Shown: positions 18,354 through 26,034, numbered from the stretch's first letter. The stretch: DNA of 64,000 nucleotides from Candidatus Omnitrophota bacterium (GCA_037131245.1 JBAXRK010000003.1:67333-131332), one strand, 5' to 3'. Program-made: numbers and translations. Notes: a model not told the origin generated them from the sequence alone.

Positions 18354-20303
18354 ATGATCTCTTTAACGAACGTATCCAAGAACTTCGATGAGCGCATGCT
18401 CATGGACAATGTGACCTTAAGTATTTTCCGTAATGAGCGGATCGGCCTGACCGGGCCCAACGGCGCGGGCAAGACCACGTTGTTCCACCTGATCATGGGC
18501 GATATGCAGCCGACGCAGGGGAATATCACTTCCGAGCGCGGGATCAAGATCGGTTATCTGCCACAGGAAGCGCATTTTGATTCAGAGCGTACCGTGATGG
18601 AAGAGGTCACTTCCGGCGACGACGAGATCCGCGCTCTGCTGGCGGAGAAACATCAGCTTGAAGAGACCGACCGTTGCGGCGAAAATCGTTATGGGGACGT
18701 GATGGAGAAGCTCGAAGCGCTCGGTATCTACGACCTCGAGCACAAAGCCGAGAAGATCCTGGCGGGCCTGGGGTTCAAGGAATATGAATTCAACAAGCCG
18801 ATCGTTCAGCTCTCCGGCGGGTGGCAAATGCGCACGCTGTTGGCCAAACTGCTGACGTACAATTATGACCTGCTTCTGCTTGACGAGCCGACAAACTATC
18901 TGGACCTCACCGCGACACTCTGGCTCAAAGAATTCCTGGGGAAGTACGCGGGATCCTTCATCATGATCTCGCACGACAAGATCTTTCTCAATGACGTGAC
19001 CAATTACACTATTGTCCTCGAGAACGGGAAGATGGCCAAGGTCAAGGGAAGTTACGATGTGTATGAGTCCCAGAAAGAGCTGGAGTACCGTACGCTCGAA
19101 AAGCGCATGAAGGTTATCGACAAGAAAAAAGACCAGCTTGAGCGGTTCACCAGTCGTTTCCACGCCCAGCCTAACCGCGCGTCGGCGGTGCAGAACAAGA
19201 TGAAGATGCTTGATAAGTTGGAAGATGAGAGCGTCGACCTGCCGCGTACCCGTTCGAGCATCAAGGAATTTAATTTTCCGGAAACCACCGAGAGCGGTTA
19301 CACGGTACTCAACCTCGAGCATATCAAGAAGTCGTATTCCGACAAGACCATTTATACCGACCTGAATTTCGAGATCACCAAGGGGCAGAAGGTGTGCCTG
19401 GTTGGCCCCAATGGCGCCGGTAAATCGACGCTGCTTAAGATCCTTGCAGATGTGATCCCTTATGATAGCGGCACGCGCCGCCTGGGCCATGCCGTCAAAA
19501 TGGGGTATTTCTCTCAGACGCGTTTGGATGTTCTTAATCCCAACCGTTCGGCCCTTGAGGAGTTGCTCAGCGCGGTGGGTGGCAGTTTCCCGCAGACCCA
19601 GGCGCGCAATCTGCTAGGTATGTTCAATTATCACGGTGATGATGTGTTCAAGCCGGTCAATGTCCTGTCGGGTGGTGAAAAAAGCCGTTTGATCCTGGCC
19701 AAGCTTTTGATCAATCCGCCGAATTTGATCCTGCTTGATGAACCGACGACGCATTTGGACGTGGCGGGTGTTGAGGCGCTGGTAAGAGCGCTCAAGAATT
19801 ATAAAGGGACGTTGTGTTTTATCAGCCACGACTTGTATTTTATCCGTGAGATCGCCAATCATATCGCTGAAGTCGAAGGCGGCGATATCCGGCAGTATCC
19901 CGGTGGCCTGGATTATTATCTTGATAAGAAGCAGAGCCGCACCTCGGCGGAAGATGCCAACGCGAAGAAAGCGGCCGCCCGTCAGGCGTATGAGGCCCAG
20001 AAAAAGCCGAAGCATGATCCGAACGAACCCGAGCATTTGCGGACCGCGCGCGATAAGCACGAAGCCGCGCTGAAACGCATTAGTGAGATCAAGAATCGCA
20101 TCAAAGCTATTGAGAAGGAAGAAAAAGATCTGGAGACCGAGACTTACGTTAAGTCGCGCGTGATGAACACCGCGTTCACGGGGCGCGGGCGGGAAGATGC
20201 TATTGAGTGCGGTAAACGCCTCAAGGAGATCCAGATCAAATTGCGCGAGCTTGGCAGTGAGAAGAGCCGTTTGGTCGACGAGCGCAACCGGATCAATCAA
20301 TAA
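18354..20303 (+). CDS. ABC-F family ATPase (translation-factor type, Uup/YheS/EttA-like)
   Basis: Two ABC cassettes (GPNGAGKTTL and GPNGAGKSTL; signatures LSGGWQMR and LSGGEKSR). No TM domain. K/E-rich coiled-coil C-terminus. Confidence 0.85.
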   Translation: MISLTNVSKNFDERMLMDNVTLSIFRNERIGLTGPNGAGKTTLFHLIMGDMQPTQGNITSERGIKIGYLPQEAHFDSERTVMEEVTSGDDEIRALLAEKHQLEETDRCGENRYGDVMEKLEALGIYDLEHKAEKILAGLGFKEYEFNKPIVQLSGGWQMRTLLAKLLTYNYDLLLLDEPTNYLDLTATLWLKEFLGKYAGSFIMISHDKIFLNDVTNYTIVLENGKMAKVKGSYDVYESQKELEYRTLEKRMKVIDKKKDQLERFTSRFHAQPNRASAVQNKMKMLDKLEDESVDLPRTRSSIKEFNFPETTESGYTVLNLEHIKKSYSDKTIYTDLNFEITKGQKVCLVGPNGAGKSTLLKILADVIPYDSGTRRLGHAVKMGYFSQTRLDVLNPNRSALEELLSAVGGSFPQTQARNLLGMFNYHGDDVFKPVNVLSGGEKSRLILAKLLINPPNLILLDEPTTHLDVAGVEALVRALKNYKGTLCFISHDLYFIREIANHIAEVEGGDIRQYPGGLDYYLDKKQSRTSAEDANAKKAAARQAYEAQKKPKHDPNEPEHLRTARDKHEAALKRISEIKNRIKAIEKEEKDLETETYVKSRVMNTAFTGRGREDAIECGKRLKEIQIKLRELGSEKSRLVDERNRINQ

Positions 20304-20563
20304 TGAAATTAAAGCTCGATCTCCACGACATTTTCTCCAATACCAACGCGATCGATGCCGCTTTGCGCGGCGTGATGGATGAGGCGATCGAGAAACACGC
20401 CGAATACGTCGAGATCATTCCCGGAAAAGGCAGCGGGCAGTTAAAGAAAACGGTGCTGAGATTCCTGGAAAAAGGGTATAAGGGCCGTTATAGCCGCATC
20501 GAGAAGGACGACAAGAATTTCGGGCGGATATTTGTGCATTTTAATTGGAATAAGCTGCGGTAA
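20303..20563 (+). CDS. Stand-alone Smr-domain protein
   Basis: LDLHD ... VEIIPGKGSGQLKK matches the Smr pattern (LDLHG...IIHGKG.G.L). 86 aa. The ATG overlaps the ABC-F stop (TAATG). Confidence 0.65.
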   Translation: MKLKLDLHDIFSNTNAIDAALRGVMDEAIEKHAEYVEIIPGKGSGQLKKTVLRFLEKGYKGRYSRIEKDDKNFGRIFVHFNWNKLR

Positions 20564-20646
20564 TGGCATTCCGGTAAGGCATTTCGCATCGACCTCCGCT
20601 CCCTCCGGGCCCCGATAGGATCGGTTGATCATGTTTCTTCTAAGGA

Positions 20647-20702
20647 AACGCCGATAGCTCCTATGGCCAGTTGGCCATATGGCAGCTATCGGCGTTATTT
20701 TT
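20647..20702 (+). terminator. Intrinsic terminator of the ABC-F/Smr unit (long imperfect hairpin plus T-run)
   Basis: AACGCCGATAGCT (20647..20659) pairs with AGCTATCGGCGTT (20684..20696). Inner stem TATGGCCA/TGGCCATA. Followed by ATTTTT. Confidence 0.65.
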
Positions 20703-20784
20703 CAAGAATCCTATTAATGAAATACCCAAGCCCCGGGCTCTGATAGAGCCCTGGATGGCTTGGGTATGAATGGTCAAGAATCCT
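20702..20784. repeat. 46-nt near-perfect hairpin (20722..20767) flanked by an 11-bp direct repeat TCAAGAATCCT (20702..20712 and 20774..20784)
   Basis: ATACCCAAGCC (20722..20732) pairs with GGCTTGGGTAT (20757..20767). Inner stem GGGCTC/GAGCCC with a 5-nt loop. The direct repeats were read directly. Confidence 0.5.
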
Positions 20785-20796
20785 TGCCCATTCAAT

Positions 20797-20834
20797 AAAA
20801 AAAGCCCTCGGAATTCGCGGGGCTTTTCTTATTT
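20797..20834. terminator. Bidirectional-looking terminator (A-run, GC stem, T-run) downstream of micro-ORF 1
   Basis: AAAAAAA-GCCCTCG-GAATT-CGCGGGGC-TTTTCTTATTTT. On the minus strand it follows the stop of the 20-aa ORF by ~30 nt. Confidence 0.5.
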
Positions 20835-20860
20835 TGGCAGAAGTATCGCCAAAGAAAAAA

Positions 20861-20923
20861 TTACTTCTTCTTCTTTTTCGCAACTTTCTTGACGGGCTTC
20901 TTAGCAGCTTTCTTAACGGCCAT
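20861..20923 (-). CDS. Micro-ORF 1: 20-aa polycationic peptide MAVKKAAKKPVKKVAKKKKK
   Basis: Strong SD (GAAAGGAGAAA) lies 8 nt before the ATG, with TATAAT (complement of 20975..20980) upstream and its own terminator downstream. The 5' and 3' contexts are paralogous to micro-ORF 2. It is below the ORF-track size cutoff. Confidence 0.5.
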   Translation of the reverse strand: MAVKKAAKKPVKKVAKKKKK

Positions 20924-21070
20924 AAGTAGTTTCTCCTTTCCTGAGGTTATGTGTTGCTTGTATTCAAACCTAAAATTATATTAACACGCGTAATGACGGA
21001 TTCAAAAAATATTTGGATTATTTTTCATTTTGATTTGTCGCGCGAAGGTTAATTGTCGACGAGAACAAAT

Positions 21071-21110
21071 AAAAAGGCTCGCGGACGTTTTTGTCGCGAG
21101 CCTTTTTTCG
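21071..21110. terminator. Bidirectional intrinsic terminator downstream of micro-ORF 2
   Basis: AAAAA-GGCTCGCG(21076..21083)...CGCGAGCC(21095..21102)-TTTTTT. An 8-bp perfect GC-rich stem flanked by A- and T-runs. Confidence 0.65.
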
Positions 21111-21123
21111 GAAAAAGAGAAAA

Positions 21124-21207
21124 TTACTTCTTCTTTTTCGCGGTTTTCTTTGCGGGAGCTTTTTTGGACATCTTGGTGGAGCACTTTTTCGTTGAGCAGC
21201 AAGGCAT
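21124..21207 (-). CDS. Micro-ORF 2: 27-aa Cys/Lys-rich peptide MPCCSTKKCSTKMSKKAPAKKTAKKKK
   Basis: SD GAAAGGAGAAA lies 7 nt before the ATG. The C-terminal codons ...GCGAAAAAGAAGAAGTAA are nearly identical to micro-ORF 1. It has its own terminator. Confidence 0.5.
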   Translation of the reverse strand: MPCCSTKKCSTKMSKKAPAKKTAKKKK

Positions 21208-21321
21208 AAGATTTTCTCCTTTCGTGTGGTTTTGTAACCTGCGATAATGATAACATCAATAGCGATTTCTTTCCATAGGCGTGTTAAATTTTGATGAAGT
21301 TGTTTGCCGGTCCGGCGGTTA

Positions 21322-22434
21322 ATGATGAATAGCACAAAACTTTCGTTATATGTCCATATTCCTTTTTGCGTGAGCAAGTGCCCTTATTGTTCTTTTGCCG
21401 TCGTGGCCGGGGCATTAAAGCATGAAGCGGCTTATGTCGCCGCCCTTGCCCGCGAGCCGTTTTCCGGACGTCCCGCGATTTCCACCATTTATATCGGCGG
21501 AGGCACACCATCCTGTTTATCGATGCGCGGCATAGAAGCCCTGTTTGAAATGATCAATGCCCGTTTTGATGTCGCGCGGGATGCTGAAGTGACATTTGAA
21601 ATGAATCCTGAAAGTGTTGATCCTGCCAAGGCGGTGTTGTTGAAACGCCTGGGTGTTAATCGCGTGAGCTTGGGTGTTCAATCTTTAAATGACCGTACCC
21701 TTGAGCTTCTGGGGCGCCCCCACCGTAACGATGATGCCCGGCGGGCTTTTAGCGTATTGCGCGCCGCCGGATTTGCCGACATCAATGTTGATATGATCTA
21801 TGGTTTGCCCGGACAGGGCGCGCGGGAGGTGCTGGCAGACCTTGGGGACCTGTTATCGTTAGGCAGTGAGCATTGTTCTTTGTACACGCTTAATGTGGAG
21901 GAGCGAAGCCTGTTCTTTGCCCGTCGCATGGAAGTGGATCCGGACGCGCAAGGAGGGCTCTACAGCGCTGTTTGTCAGGCGATGGAAGAAGCCGGCGTTA
22001 AACAGTACGAGGTCAGTAATTTCGCCCGGCCCGGCTTTGAGTCCCGCCACAACATTCACTATTGGAATGGCGGTGATTATATCGGCCTGGGGATGGCGGC
22101 GCATGCCCATCTTGCCGGTGAGCGTTCCTGGAACGCGGATACGCTGCCAAAGTATCTTGAATTGATGAAAGAAAAGGGAACGGCAAAGGTTGGCAGCGAA
22201 AGGTTGCCACCGGCTGAGAAACTGTTGGAGGTTTTTCTCTTCGGCTTGCGGATGAATCGCGGCGTTGACCTGGGTTCCCTTGAGGCGCGCTTCGGCCTGG
22301 AGTTGCCGCACGACAAGAAAGAAAAGCTGGAAAGTTTTATTGAAATGGGCTTGCTAGAGGAGGATGATACGCATATCCGGGCAACGCCCCGCGGGCGGCT
22401 TTTGCTCGATGAACTTGCCGCGAGGATCATTTAA
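21322..22434 (+). CDS. hemW: Radical SAM heme chaperone HemW / oxygen-independent coproporphyrinogen oxidase-like
   Basis: LYVHIPFCVSKCPYCSF (CxxxCxxC), GGGTPS and a HemN_C-like C-terminus. ATG 21322 is preferred over TTG 21304. Confidence 0.8.
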   Translation: MMNSTKLSLYVHIPFCVSKCPYCSFAVVAGALKHEAAYVAALAREPFSGRPAISTIYIGGGTPSCLSMRGIEALFEMINARFDVARDAEVTFEMNPESVDPAKAVLLKRLGVNRVSLGVQSLNDRTLELLGRPHRNDDARRAFSVLRAAGFADINVDMIYGLPGQGAREVLADLGDLLSLGSEHCSLYTLNVEERSLFFARRMEVDPDAQGGLYSAVCQAMEEAGVKQYEVSNFARPGFESRHNIHYWNGGDYIGLGMAAHAHLAGERSWNADTLPKYLELMKEKGTAKVGSERLPPAEKLLEVFLFGLRMNRGVDLGSLEARFGLELPHDKKEKLESFIEMGLLEEDDTHIRATPRGRLLLDELAARII

Positions 22435-22444
22435 AGAGGTCGTG

Positions 22445-23476
22445 ATGGTTTTGTTGAGAAGGTTTTTATTTATATTTGCGGTATTCGGGGCTCTTGTTAT
22501 TGCGGCAGGATGGGTGGTAGTGAACAATGCCGCCGCCATGAGTTATCTGGTACGTCAGGCGGTCGCGCGAAGCCTTAAGGCCGTTGATGTTCGTGAGTTG
22601 CGCTTCGGGTCGCTGGCGTATACCTTCCCGTCAGATTGGGCACTGAAGGATGTTCGCGCCCGTTTGGTGATTGGCCAACAGGTGCTGACGTTTACTTCCG
22701 CCCGTCTGGATATCAGCAATGCGCTCGGGTTATGTTCGATCGGTAGAGGAGCCGGCCTGTCATTGAGTGGAGCGGATGGTTTCTTTGACAAGTTGAAGGT
22801 CAATGGTATTTCCGGCCGGTTTTATCTTACGAGGACGGACCACGGGGTTTCCTACCGCGGCGATGTGTCGGCGGGCACCGTGGCTTGGGACAGGCTCGGC
22901 GTTTCAAAAGTTAAAGCAACCGTTAGCGGCGATGCCGGCCAGTTGAGCCTGCGGCAACTTCAGGCGGATGTATACGGCGGGAAGACCGCAGGCAAGGCTA
23001 TGGTCGCCTTTGGACGAGTTCCTCGGTATGAAGTCAGTGCCGTAGTCGAGAAGGCCGATATCGGCCAGCTGGACAGGGTTCTTGGCGGCGTTTTTCATGA
23101 GCTGGGTGGCACTCTCTCCGGCCGGGTCCGCCTGGCCGGTTCCGGTCCACAGATCGATGGCCTGGACATGAACTGGGACATGCCCTCTGGCGGCAAGGTG
23201 AGCGCGGCGCTTTTGTCGTCGATCGCGACCTACCTTCCGGCATCCCAGGAAAAGAAACGTATTGATTCCCTGATCCGCAGCGGAGGAAAGCTTGCGGTTG
23301 AGGTTTTTTCGTTTACAATAAAGAACGATGCGCCCGATCATCTGAGCGGTGAGATCGGGCTTAAAAGCCGGGAAGCGAATCTGGAGCTCCATATTACGCA
23401 CGAAGTGAAAGTGGACGCCCGGATCGATTCATTACTTCAGGCCTGGTCGGCTGTGTTCAAACAGGAGAGAATATGA
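22445..23476 (+). CDS. AsmA-like / YdbH-like membrane-anchored protein (compact, 343 aa)
   Basis: N-terminal TM helix FLFIFAVFGALVIAAGWVVV, then beta-rich repeats with the AsmA-type pattern (LQADVYGGKTAGKAMV..., LGGTLSGRVRLAGSG). The call rests mainly on synteny with the ynbE-like and ydbL-like genes downstream. Confidence 0.5.
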   Translation: MVLLRRFLFIFAVFGALVIAAGWVVVNNAAAMSYLVRQAVARSLKAVDVRELRFGSLAYTFPSDWALKDVRARLVIGQQVLTFTSARLDISNALGLCSIGRGAGLSLSGADGFFDKLKVNGISGRFYLTRTDHGVSYRGDVSAGTVAWDRLGVSKVKATVSGDAGQLSLRQLQADVYGGKTAGKAMVAFGRVPRYEVSAVVEKADIGQLDRVLGGVFHELGGTLSGRVRLAGSGPQIDGLDMNWDMPSGGKVSAALLSSIATYLPASQEKKRIDSLIRSGGKLAVEVFSFTIKNDAPDHLSGEIGLKSREANLELHITHEVKVDARIDSLLQAWSAVFKQERI

Positions 23477-23652
23477 GATCATTAGCGGTATTGTTGTTGC
23501 TGGCGTTCTGCGCCGGGTGCACGGTGAAAGCGATCGGGGATCCTAACCGCCCGATCACCATTAACGCGCATATCACGATCGATATCAAGGGGCTCGAGAA
23601 AACGGCGTCGGGCATTGAGGATTTTGTCAGCGGCGGAGCAGCCAATAAGTGA
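23473..23652 (+). CDS. ynbE: YnbE-like small lipoprotein (59 aa)
   Basis: MRSLAVLLLLAFCAGC carries a lipobox (L-A-F-C-A-G-C), followed by TVKAIGDPNRPITINAHITIDIKG. ATGA overlap with the upstream gene. It is below the ORF-track cutoff. Confidence 0.6.
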   Translation: MRSLAVLLLLAFCAGCTVKAIGDPNRPITINAHITIDIKGLEKTASGIEDFVSGGAANK

Positions 23653-23696
23653 GCGAAGCGAGTTGGCTGCGACGTCCCGGACACTGTTTGTCCGGG
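23632..23696. repeat. 65-nt two-hairpin repeat, copy A (covers the last 6 codons and stop of ynbE)
   Basis: GGCGGAGCAGCCAATAAGTGAGCGAAGCGAGTTGGCTGCGACGTCCCGGACACTGTTTGTCCGGG. It matches copy B at 60 of 65 positions. Stems are GCAGCCAA/TTGGCTGC and CCCGGAC/GTCCGGG. Confidence 0.85.
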
Positions 23697-23729
23697 GCGG
23701 AAAATAAAAAATTTACGGAGAGAATTTCT

Positions 23730-24131
23730 ATGAAAAAGATCATCATGGCGGTTTTATTGACGGGATTGCTTTCGACAGCGGCTTTTGCCCAAACGTATGA
23801 TATTAAAGAGATGACTCCCGCGGTCAAGGCCGCGCTGGAAAGCCGTAAGTCCCGGTTCAGCGAGCTGAAGGCGCTTAAAGCGCAGGGCGTGGTGGGTGAG
23901 AATAACCACGGGTATGTGCAGGCCCTTTCCGGTGGTTCCGACGCGAAAGCACTGGTTGCCGCCGAAAATAAGGACCGTAAGTTCGTTTACCAGGCGATCC
24001 TGGAACAGAACGGGCTGGATGCCGGGGCGCTCGAGACGGTCGAGATGGTTTTCGGCAAGGTGCAGCGCGGTAAGGCCTCTTCGGGAGAGAAAGTCCAGGA
24101 CGAAAACGGGAATTGGCGGAGCAGCCAATAA
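23730..24131 (+). CDS. ydbL: YdbL-like periplasmic protein (DUF1318)
   Basis: Signal peptide MKKIIMAVLLTGLLSTAAFA. GYVQAL...VAAENKDRKFVYQAILEQNG matches the DUF1318 pattern. ATG 23730 with RBS GGAGAG. Confidence 0.7.
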   Translation: MKKIIMAVLLTGLLSTAAFAQTYDIKEMTPAVKAALESRKSRFSELKALKAQGVVGENNHGYVQALSGGSDAKALVAAENKDRKFVYQAILEQNGLDAGALETVEMVFGKVQRGKASSGEKVQDENGNWRSSQ

Positions 24132-24179
24132 GCGAGTGAAACGAGTTGGCTGCGACGTCCCGGACCCTGTTAGTCCGGG
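24115..24179. repeat. 65-nt two-hairpin repeat, copy B (covers the last codons and stop of ydbL and abuts the stop of the convergent polyprenyl synthase gene)
   Basis: GGCGGAGCAGCCAATAAGCGAGTGAAACGAGTTGGCTGCGACGTCCCGGACCCTGTTAGTCCGGG. All five differences from copy A fall in predicted loops. Confidence 0.85.
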
Positions 24180-24182
24180 AAA

Positions 24183-25256
24183 TTAAGCGTAGCGCTTGGC
24201 AATATTGATCGACTGATCGAAGAATTTAAACAGAGCCTCCGCCACCAGCTCTTTCTGGCGGGGGTTCATTTTTAGCGCCGCGAGCTGTTTTCTTGCTTTT
24301 GTTACCCGCACATTGACGGCATTAAGCGCGTAATGCAGGCTTCCGGCTTTGATCAGGAGCAGCTTGATCGCTTCAAGATCGGCCAGCTTTTTGTTCTTCT
24401 TTGTGAAGATGTTCTTAAGATCCCGCAAGTCCTTCCCCTGAAGTTTTTCGAAGGCATGAACGATCAGGAGTGTTTTTTTCTGCTCTTCCAGGTCACTTAA
24501 GATCGATTTCCCGATGGATTCTTCCGTCTCAAATATACCGATGATGTCATCCTGGATCTGAAAGGCCTGGCCGATGCATAGGCCGAAGTCGGCGATCTTG
24601 GGGATCTCGGTTTTTGGCGCTCCGGCAAGGATCGCGCCCGTTACCAGGGGACAGTCAAAGGTGTAGCGCGCGGTTTTCAGCGAATAGTTCAGGAAGACGT
24701 CCTTTTCGTGGACTTGCTTGACATCCACCACCCCGTGGACGGTATCGACGAATTCTCCCATGGCGGTAAAAGCCGCGGTCTGGATGAAATATTTCAGGGC
24801 TTGTTCCTTGCGCAGCGGGTCTTCGTTGATCGACAGGAACGCGTCGATGGCCAGCGCGTAGGTGATGTCACCGGCGATGATGGCCAGGTCAACGCCGAGC
24901 TTGTCGGGGTTGGCGCAGGGGACGGTCTTATTGAGGATGCGGTGCATGGTGGGCTTGCCGCGCCGCAGGTCCGAGCAGTCGATAATATCGTCGTGGATCA
25001 GCATAAAATTATGCAGGAACTCGATGCAGGTCGAGGCATTGTAAAGCGAGCGGGTCGGCCGGCGGCCTTTAGGTGAATAGCCCAGATAGCCCAGGATGAG
25101 CAGGATGGGGCGGATGCGCTTGCCTTCGCGTAAGGAGAATTCGCGGATGCTTTTGTGGAGGATGGGGTTGACCAGGTGCAGTTTATATTCTTTGGCCACA
25201 TGGTCGAGAAAAAGGCCGATGCTCGTGTCGATCTCTTTTTTAAAGGTGTCTAACAT
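24183..25256 (-). CDS. Polyprenyl diphosphate synthase (trans-IPPS)
   Basis: First Asp-rich motif LIHDDIID and second motif FQIQDDIIG, 357 aa. Confidence 0.85.
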   Translation of the reverse strand: MLDTFKKEIDTSIGLFLDHVAKEYKLHLVNPILHKSIREFSLREGKRIRPILLILGYLGYSPKGRRPTRSLYNASTCIEFLHNFMLIHDDIIDCSDLRRGKPTMHRILNKTVPCANPDKLGVDLAIIAGDITYALAIDAFLSINEDPLRKEQALKYFIQTAAFTAMGEFVDTVHGVVDVKQVHEKDVFLNYSLKTARYTFDCPLVTGAILAGAPKTEIPKIADFGLCIGQAFQIQDDIIGIFETEESIGKSILSDLEEQKKTLLIVHAFEKLQGKDLRDLKNIFTKKNKKLADLEAIKLLLIKAGSLHYALNAVNVRVTKARKQLAALKMNPRQKELVAEALFKFFDQSINIAKRYA

Positions 25257-25332
25257 GGGTTATCCTTGATATCTGTTGACCTTATGCTGAATTGTTTTAC
25301 AATCACACTATAACTTAACCATGGAGGGTGAC

Positions 25333-26034
25333 ATGAAGAAATTTTTATTTTTTGCGCTATTCCTGCTTGTGACTGCCAGTATCGCCTGTTCCGGGGCCGG
25401 AGCGGAGACGATCTACCTGAAGAGCGGCGCGACAGCGACCGGCAAGATCGTTCAAAAGACCGACGCCAGCGTGGTCATTGATATTGGCGGCGCCAGCGTG
25501 ACGTATTACAAAGATGAGATCGACCGTATTGATGATGCGGCGCCTGCCGCACCCGCGGCTGCCGTTCCAGCTCCTGCGGCGCCCGTTGCTGTTGCGCCTG
25601 CCGTGCCCGCTTCCGTAGCGGCCGCTGTGGCGACCGATCAGCCCGCCGGTACGATAAGTCCCTCCAAGCACGACCTGATCATGAAATTCGTCGATGTTTT
25701 TGGCACCCGTGCCAGCATGAAGGCGAATTTTGAGCAGATGATGTCGTCCCTTTCGCCGGAAGAATCCGCCAAACTGCGCGGCGCGTTTAATGTTGACGAT
25801 ATCATCGAACAGCTCGTGCCTCTTTACGACAAGTATTTCACGGAGGCGGATCTGACGGCTTTTGTAAATTTCTACGGTTCAGCTGACGGGAAAAAACTGG
25901 TTTCAACCATTCCGCAGATCATGCGCGGGAGCGTTGAGGTCAGCGCCAAGTATTTTGAATCCCATATGCCCGAGGAGTTCAAGAAGGGCGTGGCGGCCAA
26001 GGAGGCTGGCGCGGCGCCGGCTGCGGCGAAATAA
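25333..26034 (+). CDS. Secreted DUF2059-like protein with an Ala/Pro-rich linker
   Basis: RBS GGAGG before ATG 25333 and signal peptide MKKFLFFALFLLVTASIACSGAGA. The low-complexity linker is APAAPAAAVPAPAAPVAVAPAVPA. The C-terminus YFTEADLTAFVNFYGSADGKKL is typical of DUF2059. Confidence 0.6.
   Translation: MKKFLFFALFLLVTASIACSGAGAETIYLKSGATATGKIVQKTDASVVIDIGGASVTYYKDEIDRIDDAAPAAPAAAVPAPAAPVAVAPAVPASVAAAVATDQPAGTISPSKHDLIMKFVDVFGTRASMKANFEQMMSSLSPEESAKLRGAFNVDDIIEQLVPLYDKYFTEADLTAFVNFYGSADGKKLVSTIPQIMRGSVEVSAKYFESHMPEEFKKGVAAKEAGAAPAAAK

Noticed and set aside
20563-20860. The possibility that the structured region is a known housekeeping RNA (6S, SRP, tmRNA or RNase P).
   Set aside because: None of the conserved sequence signatures I know for SRP domain IV, the tmRNA ends or the RNase P core is present. 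It is kept only as an unclassified structured element.
20695-21511. Track ORFs of 62-119 aa in the 20.6-21.3 kb intergenic island (20695..20883-, 21002..21259-, 21018..21377-, 21053..21247+ and 21284..21511-).
   Set aside because: They run straight through hairpin/T-run terminators and through the strongly SD-supported micro-ORFs in other frames. Their sequences are low-complexity translations of A/T-rich and poly-AAG tracts.
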